Source: an uncultured Gemmatimonadaceae bacterium (GTDB lineage Bacteria; Gemmatimonadota; Gemmatimonadetes; Gemmatimonadales; Gemmatimonadaceae). Taken from it: a stretch of 64,000 nt of DNA. Location of the stretch: the NCBI GenBank assembly GCA_963729495.1, contig CAVSOM010000013.1:7247-71246 (forward strand), given 5' to 3'. Every line of letters begins with the position of its first letter. The stretch's first letter is position 1. Positions 21,766-30,607 of this stretch are shown here, in pieces. The position numbers were made by a program, and so were the translations under genes. The notes under the pieces are model-generated. The model worked only from the letters and a program-made list of their open reading frames with translations. It was not told where the DNA came from and searched no databases.

Positions 21766-23790
21766 TTGGATACCTCTCAGTACGCCGATCTATTCCTCAC
21801 CGAGAGCCGGGAGCACGTCTCGGCGGTGAACCACTGGCTGTTGGAGTTGGAACGCGGCGCCGGCGGCGACGAGCCGGTGAGCGCCATCTTCCGCGCGGTG
21901 CACACGGTGAAGGGAATGAGCGCCACGATGGGGTATGCCGTCGTGGCGGAGCTGTCGCACGAGATGGAGAGTCTGCTCGATCGGGTGCGGCGGAAGACGA
22001 TGATCATCACGCCGGAGGTGATGGACGTGTTGTTCCGCGCCGCCGACGTCCTGGAGCAGGCGGTGGAGGCCTCGGTGGGGGGGCACGTCGACGCCGCGGC
22101 CGCGGCGCCGGTACTGGACCGCCTGCGGGCCATCGGACGCGCCACGCCGCGCGCCTCGGCGGCGATCGCGGCGGTGCCGATGGGCGAGCAGCTGTGGACG
22201 GCGCCGGCGCCGGAAGGGGCGGGGCGCGTGGTCCGGGTGCGGCTCGCCAGGGACACGCCGCTGCGCGGCGTGCGGGCGTTCCTGATCGTGCAGACGCTGA
22301 AACAGTTGGGCGCGGTGACCGGGGTGTCGCCGGCGCTGGCCGCGCTGCAGGGCGACGAGTTCGACCTCGACTTCGCGGTGCGCGTGCAGACGGCGGCGGC
22401 GCCGGCCGAGATCGCGCGCGTGGTGCGGAGCGCCGGGGACGTGGCGCTCGTGCAGTTGGACGACCCGCGGGATGGCGAGGCGCGGGGCATGCCGGCCCTG
22501 CCGGCCACGGGCCAGGCCACCGCCGCGGCGCGCCCGTCGGGGCTGTTGCTCGCGTCGGACGTGGCGCAGGCCGAGGCGCGGGTGGAGGCGCCGGCGGGCA
22601 TTCCGGGCGCCGCCGCGGCGGGGCGCGCCGACGCCACGACGTCGAGCCGCGCGCCGCGCCACGTGCGGATCGACCTGCGGCGGCTCGACGCGCTGATGAA
22701 CCTGATCGGAGAACTGGTGATCGCGCGCGGGCGGCTGCAGCAGATCGGCACGCAGCTCGGCGATCCCTCGCTGGACGAGACGTTGGCCCAGGCCTCGCGG
22801 CTGATCGCCGACCTGCGCGACGAGATCGTGAGCAGCCGCATGGTGCCGGTGTGGCAGGTATTCGACCGGTTTCCGCGGCTCGTGCGCGACGCGGCACGCG
22901 CGTTGGGCAAGCAGATCGATTTCACGATCGAGGGCAAGGACATCGAACTCGACCGGTCGATGCTGGACGAGATCGGCGATCCGATCGTGCACCTGCTGCG
23001 CAACGCCGTGGACCACGGCATCGAGGAGCCCGAGGTGCGCGAGCGCGCGGGGAAGGCGCGCGAGGGGCGTCTGGTGCTGTCGGCGGCGCGCGACCGGTCG
23101 GCGGTGGTGATCCGGGTGAGCGACGACGGGCGGGGGATCGACCGGGTGCGGGTGCTCGAGAAGGCGCGCGCGGGGGGCCTGATCGACGCGGCCAAGGGCG
23201 ACCTGAGCGACGACGAGTTGGTGCGGCTGGTCTCGCGCCCCGGGTTCTCGACGGCCGAGCGGGTGACCGATCTGTCGGGGCGCGGGGTGGGGGTGGACGC
23301 CGTGCTGACGCGCGTGCGGGCGATGGGCGGGTCGGTGGAGATGAAGACGCAGGCGGGCGCGGGCACGACCGTGACGCTCCGGCTGCCGCTCACGCTGGCC
23401 ATTCTGCGGGCGCTCCTGACGCGGGTGGCGGACGAGGCGTACGCGGTGCCGATGACGCACGTGTGCGAGACGGTGGAGTTGCGGACCGACCGGCTGCGGA
23501 CGCTGCGGGGGCGCGAGGTGCTGACGCTGCGCGACGAGGTGCTGCCGCTCCTGCGGCTGCGCGACGTCGTGGGACTGCCGCGGCGCGCGGCGGGCGAGCG
23601 CGAGCACGTGATCGTGCTCGAGCTGGCCGATCGCCGGGCGGGGCTGGTGGTGGACGGGCTGGCGGGGCAGGAGGAGATCGTGGTGAAGCAGTTCGACCCC
23701 GTGCAGACGGACGTGCAGGCGTTCAACGGCGCGACGATTCTCGGGGATGGGGCCCCGGCGCTGATTCTCGACGTGGGCAGTCTCTCGTAG
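21766..23790 (+). CDS. cheA: Chemotaxis histidine kinase CheA
   Basis: In-frame part of ORF 21415..23790 from TTG 21766. Hpt box HTVKGMSATMG, dimerisation region RIDLRRLDALMNLIGELV, N box HLLRNAVDHGIE, G1 DDGRGID, G2 GRGVGVD, and a C-terminal CheW-like domain. Confidence 0.9.
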   Translation: MDTSQYADLFLTESREHVSAVNHWLLELERGAGGDEPVSAIFRAVHTVKGMSATMGYAVVAELSHEMESLLDRVRRKTMIITPEVMDVLFRAADVLEQAVEASVGGHVDAAAAAPVLDRLRAIGRATPRASAAIAAVPMGEQLWTAPAPEGAGRVVRVRLARDTPLRGVRAFLIVQTLKQLGAVTGVSPALAALQGDEFDLDFAVRVQTAAAPAEIARVVRSAGDVALVQLDDPRDGEARGMPALPATGQATAAARPSGLLLASDVAQAEARVEAPAGIPGAAAAGRADATTSSRAPRHVRIDLRRLDALMNLIGELVIARGRLQQIGTQLGDPSLDETLAQASRLIADLRDEIVSSRMVPVWQVFDRFPRLVRDAARALGKQIDFTIEGKDIELDRSMLDEIGDPIVHLLRNAVDHGIEEPEVRERAGKAREGRLVLSAARDRSAVVIRVSDDGRGIDRVRVLEKARAGGLIDAAKGDLSDDELVRLVSRPGFSTAERVTDLSGRGVGVDAVLTRVRAMGGSVEMKTQAGAGTTVTLRLPLTLAILRALLTRVADEAYAVPMTHVCETVELRTDRLRTLRGREVLTLRDEVLPLLRLRDVVGLPRRAAGEREHVIVLELADRRAGLVVDGLAGQEEIVVKQFDPVQTDVQAFNGATILGDGAPALILDVGSLS

Positions 23791-23800
23791 CGGAGCATCC

Positions 23801-24421
23801 ATGGACGATCTTTCGACCCTCAAGGCGTTGCAGCTCGACGCGCTGCGCGAGGTGGCCAACATCGGGGCGGGGCACGCGGCCACGGCCCTGTCGCAGATGG
23901 TGGGGGGCACGATCATGATCAGCGTGCCGCGCATCAACATCCAGCGGCTCGAGCACGTCGCGCCGCTGGTCGGCTCGCCGGACGAGCCCGTGGCGGCGGT
24001 GCTGCTGCACATTCTCGGCGACCTGTCCGGGCGCACGCTCCTCGTGTTCCCGAAGTCGGCGGCCCTGCGGCTGGCCGAGATGATGCTGCGGCGCCCCGCG
24101 GGCTCGGCCGGCGACCTGGGGGAGCTGGAGCAGTCGGCGATCAAGGAGGCGGGCAACATCCTGAGCAGCGCCTACATGAACGCGTTGAGCGAGTTCATGG
24201 GCATGCTGCTCCTGCCGTCGCCGCCGGCGCTGGCCATCGACATGTCGGCGGCGGTGCTCACCACGGCCTACCTGCAGTTCGGCACCGACCACGACTACGT
24301 GTTCTGCGTCGAGAGCGATTTCATGCTCAAGGACGGCGGAGCAGCGCCTGCGCGGCTTCTTCCTCCTGTTGCCCGATCCGGCGTCGCTGCAGGCGATCCT
24401 GCGCGCGATCCGCGTGACATG
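23801..24421 (+). CDS. cheC: CheC-type CheY-P phosphatase (frame broken near 24335-24341 as sequenced)
   Basis: ORF 23801..24469. Two [D/S]xxxExxN motifs (DALREVAN, SAIKEAGN). After ..MLKDGG another frame gives EQRLRGFFLLLPDPASLQAILRAIRVT and stops at 24419-24421, 2 nt before the next ATG. Confidence 0.8.
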
Positions 24422-24423
24422 AC

Positions 24424-27129
24424 ATGGCGGCCACGAGCCCGGGGTCGGAGCGCGATCGCGAGATCCTGAGATCGTTTGCGCGGCGGATCGATCCGTCCGA
24501 CGCCGGCGCGCACAACAACCTCGGCGTGCTGTACTTTAACAAAAACTTATATGAGGAGGCGGTCCAGGCGTTCATGCGCGCGCTCGAGCTCGATCCGCGC
24601 ATGCAGGTGGCGCAGCGCAACCTCGAGATCGCCTATTTCAACACCGGGTACTACGACGAGCGCGTGCCGGAACTCCGCGACCGCGTGCGCGCCCACCCTG
24701 CCGATCGGGAGGCGCGGTGGGAACTCGCCCGCACGTACGCGCTGCTCGGCGAGCACGCGCAGGCGGTGGAGGAATTCACCGCGCTGCTGCGCTACACGCC
24801 CAACGACGTGGGCGCCGTGCTCCAGCTCGGGCTGTCGGAGCGGGCGTTGGAACACCGCGAGCAGGCCCAGCAGTGGCTGGAACGCGCCCGGTCGCTCGAC
24901 CCCGGCAGTTCGCTGGTCCACTTCTATCTCGGCGAGATCGCCTACAATCGCGGCCTCAACGACGAGGCCATGGCCTCCCTCACCCGCGCCGTGGAATTGA
25001 ACCCGGACAACCACGACGCCCTGTACCTCATGGGATTCGTGTTCGGCGACCTCGGGCGCCAGGACGAGGCGCGCGCCGCCACCAAGCGGGCGATCCAGCT
25101 CAACCCCACGCTCTCGCGGGCCCAGGCCAACCTGTCGATCGACCGGAACAAGCCCGAGCGCTACGAGGCGATGGTGGGCGCGCGCGGCGACCGGCGGTCG
25201 CGCCGCATGGAAGTGGCGCGGGAAGGGCAGCTCGCGCACTACAACCTGGGACTCGCCTTCCGGCAGAAGGGCTACTACGCCGAGGCCCTGGGCGAGTACC
25301 GGCTGGCCATCGACCGCGGCGAGGACGAGGATCTGGTGCGCCAGGCGATGGCCGAGGTGCATCTGGTCACGCGCGACGCCGCGGCCGCCCTCGGCCTCTA
25401 CGACCAGCTCATCGCGCGTCATGCCGACAGCCCCAAGCTCTGGAACGAACGCGGCGTCGCTCTGCACCAGGAGGGCCGGCTCGCCGAGGCCGCCGAGAGC
25501 TATCGCCGGGCCATCGGCGCGGACGCACGCTACGCGCTGGCGCACAACAACCTCGGCGTGGCGCTCTACCACCTCGGCGACGGCGATGCCGCGGTCGCGG
25601 CGTTCACCGCCGCGCTCGACGCGCAGGCGGCCCTCGCCAAGGCGCGGCTGAACCTGGCGCTGCTCCTCTACCGTGCCCGGCGGCTCCAACAGGCGCTGGA
25701 AGCGTACCGCCAGGTGCTCGCGGCCGAACCGGAACATCCCGTGGCGTGGAACGGCGTGGGCCTCGTGCTCGCCGATCTGCGCAAGTTCGAGGACGCGCGC
25801 AACGCGTTCGCGCGCGCCATCCAGGCCCGTCCCCGCTACGCGGAAGCGCACTACAACCTCAGCTTCACGCTCTCCAACCTGGGCGATTTCGAGGGCGCGC
25901 TGCGCGAGACCAAGCTGGCGCTGGAGATCGATCCCTACTATGTGGCGCAGAAGTTCGACCTCGCCATCGACCTCCAATACGAGGACCCGGATCTCTCCAT
26001 CCAGCCCGACCTCGGCGGGGAGCATCGGGCCGACGCGGCGATCGAGGAATTCGCCTTCGATCCGGCGCTGCTCGACGGCGTGTTCACGCAACTCGCGCCG
26101 GCGCCCGCCCCCGCGGCGTCGGCCCCCGCCGACACCGACCCGTACGGAATGGCCGTGGACTACCTCACCAAGGGGTTCTTCGACCGGGCGCAGATGGAGG
26201 CGCGGCGCGCCCTGGCCCACGGGGCCGACCGCACGGCGGGAAACGTGCTCCTGGGGGAGACGTTCGCCCGGCAGGGGCTGTTCGGCGAAGCGCTGGAGCG
26301 CTATCGCGAGGCGCGCCGCGAAGCCCCGGACGACGCGCGGGCGATGCGCGGCGAGGCGCAGGCGCTGCTCAAGCTCGGGCAGGCGGCCGACGCGCGCCCG
26401 ATCGTCGAATCGCTCGTGCTGCGCGCGTCCGAGGACATCGACGTCCTGATGCTCGCGGCCGCGGTGCGCGCGGCCTCGGGCGACCCGGCGGCGGCGCTGG
26501 CCACGCTCGACACGGCGCGGCGCGTGGCCCCGATGCGGGCCGACGTCCACCAGCAGATGGGCGACATCGCCCGCCGCCTGGGCGACTTCGAGGGCGCCAT
26601 CATCGCGTACCGCCACGCGCTCCAGCTCGATCCCCAGTTCGCCGGCGTGCGCTACGAGTTGGCGCGGCTGCTCATCGAGAAGCGCCAGCTGCGCGAGGCG
26701 GAGACGGAACTGCTCGCCGCCCTCGACGCCGTGCCCACGTATGCCGAGGCCTCGCTGGCCCTGGCCACCCTGCGCCGGATGGCGGGACGAGCCGACGACG
26801 CGCTCCCCCTGCTCATCGACCTGCTGCAGCGCGATCCGTACCACTTCGACGCCCTGATCGCGCTCGGCGAGACGCTGTTGGTGCTCCACCGCAAGGACGA
26901 CGCGGTCACGGCGTTCACGCGCGTGCTGCGGTTCGACCCCGATCACGTCGGCGCGTTGTATCATGAGGGCGTGCTCCTGGCCGAGCGGCGGCGGTATCGC
27001 GAGGCGATCGAACGCTGGGAGCGGGTGCTGACCCTGGCTCCATCGGGTGAATACGCCCGGCGCGCGCGCCGCGAGATCCGCTCGGCGTCCGACCTCCAGC
27101 GCATCTTCGCCGACCGCAGGACCGGCTGA
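24424..27129 (+). CDS. Large tetratricopeptide-repeat (TPR) protein, 901 aa
   Basis: ORF 24424..27129. Repeats of the type AHNNLGVLYFNKNLYEEAVQAFMRALELDP recur throughout. I saw no TM or enzymatic motif. Confidence 0.8.
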   Translation: MAATSPGSERDREILRSFARRIDPSDAGAHNNLGVLYFNKNLYEEAVQAFMRALELDPRMQVAQRNLEIAYFNTGYYDERVPELRDRVRAHPADREARWELARTYALLGEHAQAVEEFTALLRYTPNDVGAVLQLGLSERALEHREQAQQWLERARSLDPGSSLVHFYLGEIAYNRGLNDEAMASLTRAVELNPDNHDALYLMGFVFGDLGRQDEARAATKRAIQLNPTLSRAQANLSIDRNKPERYEAMVGARGDRRSRRMEVAREGQLAHYNLGLAFRQKGYYAEALGEYRLAIDRGEDEDLVRQAMAEVHLVTRDAAAALGLYDQLIARHADSPKLWNERGVALHQEGRLAEAAESYRRAIGADARYALAHNNLGVALYHLGDGDAAVAAFTAALDAQAALAKARLNLALLLYRARRLQQALEAYRQVLAAEPEHPVAWNGVGLVLADLRKFEDARNAFARAIQARPRYAEAHYNLSFTLSNLGDFEGALRETKLALEIDPYYVAQKFDLAIDLQYEDPDLSIQPDLGGEHRADAAIEEFAFDPALLDGVFTQLAPAPAPAASAPADTDPYGMAVDYLTKGFFDRAQMEARRALAHGADRTAGNVLLGETFARQGLFGEALERYREARREAPDDARAMRGEAQALLKLGQAADARPIVESLVLRASEDIDVLMLAAAVRAASGDPAAALATLDTARRVAPMRADVHQQMGDIARRLGDFEGAIIAYRHALQLDPQFAGVRYELARLLIEKRQLREAETELLAALDAVPTYAEASLALATLRRMAGRADDALPLLIDLLQRDPYHFDALIALGETLLVLHRKDDAVTAFTRVLRFDPDHVGALYHEGVLLAERRRYREAIERWERVLTLAPSGEYARRARREIRSASDLQRIFADRRTG

Positions 27130-27131
27130 CC

Positions 27132-28275
27132 ATGGCGATCGAAGGCCCCCTCCGCGAACTCGGCATCCACGACGTCTTCCAGCTGCTCGACCTGAGCCGC
27201 AAGACGGGCACGCTGCGCGTGACCTCGGAGCTGCGCGACGACGAGGGCATGGTGCACTTCGCCAGCGGCCGCATCATCCAGGCCAGCATCCGCAGCCGGC
27301 CGATGTCGCTGGAGCAGCTGCTGCTGGCGTCGGGCAAGATCACCGATGCCGACGTGGCCGCGGCCCACGCCCGCGCGGGGACCGAGACGACCGGGGGCGC
27401 GCTGGCCGACGCGCTCGTGGCCGGCGGCGCCGTGTCGCAGCGCGAGCTGGATCGCGCAGGTGCGGCAGCAGGTGGAGGCCGTGGTGTTCGAGCTGATGTC
27501 GTGGCAGGAGGGGTTCTTCTCCTTCGAGGAGCTGCCCGTCGCGTCGCTGCCCGCCGACACCCGGGTCAGCGTGTCCACCGAGTCGCTGCTCATGGAGGGG
27601 GCGCGCCGCATCGACGAGTGGTCGCGGATCGCCGAGCGCGTGCCCAATCTCTCGGTCGTGCCGCAATTCGCGCCCGTGGCCGGCGAGCACGACGCCCAGC
27701 TCGACCTGCTGCCGCACGAGTGGGAGGTGCTGACGATGATCGACGGCGCGCGCGATCTGCGCGACATCGCCGGCTCGCTGGGCCGCAGCGATTTCGAGGT
27801 GGCGCGCGTGGCCTACGGCCTCGTGACCACGGGGATCGTGGAGCTGAAGACGCCGGCGCGGCGCGGCCGCGATTCGCGGCCGGTGGCGGTGGACGGGGCC
27901 GCTCCCCTGGAGCGGGCGCGCGCCGCGATGGCCGATCGCGAGTTCGCCTCGGCGCTGGAGGCGGCCCGGGCCGCCGTCGACGGCAACGGCACCGACGCCC
28001 GCCTGCTCGCCGCCCGCGCCCTCGTCAAGCTGAGCCGGTATCCCGAGGCGCTCGACGAACTGCGGCGGGCGGTGCACGCCGACCCCCTCACGCCGCGGGT
28101 CCACTTCGATCTGGCATTCGCCGCCGCCCGGGTGGGCGAGTTCGCCACGGCGCGCGCGAGCTGGGAGCACTTTCTGCGGCTGTCGCCGACCGGCCCGGAT
28201 GCGGCGCGCGCCCGGTCGTCGCTCGAGGCGCTGACGCGGCTCATGAACCTGCTCGAGGCCGACGCCGATGACTGA
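27132..28275 (+). CDS. PATAN (DUF4388) domain protein with C-terminal TPR region (frame broken near 27451-27458 as sequenced)
   Basis: ORF 27132..28271 starts MAIEGPLRELGIHDVFQLLDLSRKTGTLRV..VHFASGRIIQA (DUF4388/PatA-N-like opening). The frame of ORF 27346..28275 continues QVRQQVEAVVFELMSWQEGFFSFEE...IDEWSRI... plus TPR-like helices. It is a paralog of 32332..33959. Confidence 0.7.
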
Positions 28276-29140
28276 CGACATCCGGCGCTGGAGCGACGAA
28301 CTGGCGCGCGACCCGGCCAGCCTGGCGTTTCTGCCGCTCGGCGAGGCGCTCCGCCGCCAGGGGCAGTTGGACGTCGCCCGCCGGGTCGCCCTGCGCGGCC
28401 TGGAACGCCATTCCCACCACCCCGACGCCCACGACCTGCTGGCCCGCGTGTACGTCGACGCCGGCGAACTGGAGAAGGCGTTCGACGAATGGGACATGGC
28501 GCTCCGCCTGGCGCCCGAACATACCGGTTCTCTCAAAGGCCTGGCGTTCGTGTGCTTCCAGCAGGGGCGCTTCGAGGACGCCGAGGGCTACTTGCGCCGC
28601 GCCGCGCTCGGCGATGCCCCAGACGCGGGCATCGGCGCCGCGCTCGACACCGTGCGCCGCAGCACGGGCTCGCTCCGCGCGGCCGACGTCGAGGCGGCGG
28701 CCGCGGCCAACGCGGCGGACGCCCCCTCCGCGCCGGCGTACCTGTTCGCGCCGGTGCTCGACGGCGGGGAGCAGACCGCCCTGCTGCTCGACGCCTCGGG
28801 GCTCGTCCTGGCCGGCGCCTACTTCACGGCCGACGGCCGCGACGTCGCGCCGGAGGTCGGCGCCCAACTCAGCGGCGTGTCCGACGAGGCCGACCGCGCC
28901 ACGCGGCACCTCGGACTCGGCGTGTGGACATCGATCGTGTTCGAGACCGAAGTGGCCGTGGTCGCGATGACGCCGGCAGCGGACGGCGGCTTGCTCGTGC
29001 TCGCCGCGTCGCGGGCCACGCCGCTCGGGTTGCTGCGCCGGCTGCTCGACCGCTGCGCCGAGCGCGCCCGCGCGTGGCTCGCCCGCGGCGCGGCCGGTGG
29101 CGGGGCGGGCGGCGGCACGGCTGCCGGGGGGCCGCCATGA
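28268..29140 (+). CDS. TPR + Roadblock/LC7 (MglB-fold) fusion protein
   Basis: ORF 28268..29140. N-terminal TPR helices (..LARVYVDAGELEKAFDEWDMALRLAPEH..), an Ala-rich linker, then a Roadblock-like C-terminus (ALLLDASGLVLAG...VFETEVAVVAMTPAADGGLLVLAAS). Confidence 0.65.
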   Translation: MTDDIRRWSDELARDPASLAFLPLGEALRRQGQLDVARRVALRGLERHSHHPDAHDLLARVYVDAGELEKAFDEWDMALRLAPEHTGSLKGLAFVCFQQGRFEDAEGYLRRAALGDAPDAGIGAALDTVRRSTGSLRAADVEAAAAANAADAPSAPAYLFAPVLDGGEQTALLLDASGLVLAGAYFTADGRDVAPEVGAQLSGVSDEADRATRHLGLGVWTSIVFETEVAVVAMTPAADGGLLVLAASRATPLGLLRRLLDRCAERARAWLARGAAGGGAGGGTAAGGPP

Positions 29141-29483
29141 GTTCCCCGTTCGCGGGCATGCTGCAGTCGCTCATGCGGCTGCGCGGCGTGTCGTCCACGA
29201 TGCTGGTGGACGAACACGAGGGGATGATCATCGACGCCGTGCTGCAGTTCGGCCAGGATGGCGACCGCGTGGCGGCGCTCGCCGCGTCGCTGCACCGCAA
29301 GGCGCGCCTGTCGGCCGCCGCGGCGGGGCTGGGCGGGGTCACGTTCATGGAACTGGAGGCCGAGGGGGGCGCATCTGCGCCGCGGGCCGCGGCGACATGG
29401 TGCTCGTCGTGGTCGCCGCGCCGGCGGCCAACGTGGGGCTGATGCGGGTGGAGCTGCTCCGCGCGGTGCGGGAGCTGGGATGA
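29137..29483 (+). CDS. Roadblock/LC7-domain protein (frame broken at G-run 29364-29369 as sequenced)
   Basis: ATG 29137 overlaps the upstream stop (ATGA). Sequence reads MSSPFAGMLQSLMRLRGVSSTMLVDEHEGMIIDAV...VTFMELEAEGG, then the frame of ORF 29097..29483 gives RICAAGRGDMVLVVVAAPAANVGLMRVELLRAVRELG. Confidence 0.65.
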
Positions 29484-29956
29484 CCACGCGCGCCGTGGAA
29501 TCGTGGCTCCAGCCCCCGCTCCAGCAGTTCGTGGACGAGGCCCGTGTCACGCTCGCCCTGCTCCTCCTGCCCAGCGGCCAGGTGCTGGCCGAGCACGGGT
29601 TCACGCGGTCGCTGGACGTAGCGTCGGCCTGTGCGCTGGCGGCGGCGATTCACGCCTCCGGGGCGGAATTGGGGCGCATGCTCGACGGGCGGCCGTTCAG
29701 CGGGCTGCACCACGCCGGCCAGGACCGCCAGGTCTTCCTGGCCGAGGCGAGGACGCCCCGGGGCACGTACATTTTCCTCACGGTGTTCGACGAGGAGAGT
29801 TCGATCGGACTCGTCCGGCTGTACTTTGACGAGTTCGCGGCCCGCCTGGCGGCGGCCGCCGAGCCGGGGGGCGAAGCCGAGTCCGAGCCGGTGCTGGCCG
29901 AGAACTTCGAGCGGGACCTGAATCGCAGTCTGGCGGCGCTGTTCGGCCGGGCCTGA
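29480..29956 (+). CDS. mglB: MglB-like Roadblock/LC7 protein (candidate GAP partner of the following GTPase)
   Basis: In-frame part of ORF 29258..29956 from ATG 29480 (ATGA overlap). 158 aa with Roadblock-like core LLLLPSGQVLAEHGF...QVFLAEARTPRGTYIFLTVFDEES. Its position directly upstream of the MglA-like gene matches the mglBA arrangement. The symbol is tentative. Confidence 0.55.
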   Translation: MTTRAVESWLQPPLQQFVDEARVTLALLLLPSGQVLAEHGFTRSLDVASACALAAAIHASGAELGRMLDGRPFSGLHHAGQDRQVFLAEARTPRGTYIFLTVFDEESSIGLVRLYFDEFAARLAAAAEPGGEAESEPVLAENFERDLNRSLAALFGRA

Positions 29957-29980
29957 TTCCTCACCACCTCCCATCCTTCC

Positions 29981-30587
29981 GTGTCCCTCGTCAACTACGC
30001 CACCCGCGAGATCACCTGCAAGATCGTCTACTACGGACCGGGCCGGTCCGGGAAGACGACCAACTTGCACTACATCTACGGGCAGGTTCCCGACGACCGG
30101 AAGGGCAAGATGGTGTCGCTCGCCACGCAGACGGACCGCACCCTGTTCTTCGACTTCCTGCCGCTCGACCTGGGCACGATCTCCGGGTTCACCACCAAGT
30201 TCCAGCTCTACACGGTGCCGGGCCAGGTGTACTACCAGTCCACCCGCAAGCTGGTGCTGCAGGGGGCGGACGGCGTGGTGTTCGTGGCCGACAGCCAGCG
30301 GCGCCAGCTCGACGAGGACATCGAGAGCCTGCAGGATCTGCACGCCAACCTGGCCGAGCAGGGGGTGGACGCGCGGACGCATTCCGCTCGTCATCCAGTA
30401 CAACAAGCAGGACCTGCCGCGCGACCTGATCCTGGCGCCGGACGAACTCTCCGAAGCGATCAACTTTCGCGGAGTGCCGGACTTCCCGGCCGACGCCCTC
30501 CACGGCGCCGGGGTGTTCGAGACGCTCCGCGGCATATCCGAGATCGTGCTCAAGCGGCTGAGCGCGTCATCGGGCAACGCGAGGTAG
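29981..30587 (+). CDS. mglA: MglA-family Ras-like small GTPase (frame broken at ~30380 as sequenced)
   Basis: ORF 29981..30991 opens [29 protein letters not shown] (P-loop), [11 protein letters not shown] (intrinsic Arg region) and [10 protein letters not shown] (the Thr-for-Asp G3 variant typical of MglA). After ..[11 protein letters not shown] one extra nt shifts the frame. The next frame gives [12 protein letters not shown] (NKxD) ...[17 protein letters not shown] and stops at 30585-30587. Confidence 0.8.
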
Positions 30588-30607
30588 CGTGTGGCGGCGG
30601 ACCGCGG

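Noticed and set aside
21777-24159. Two ~670-790-aa minus-strand ORFs antisense to cheA/cheC
   Set aside because: These are GC-driven shadow ORFs. cheA motifs (Hpt, N, G1, G2 boxes) are unambiguous on the + strand.
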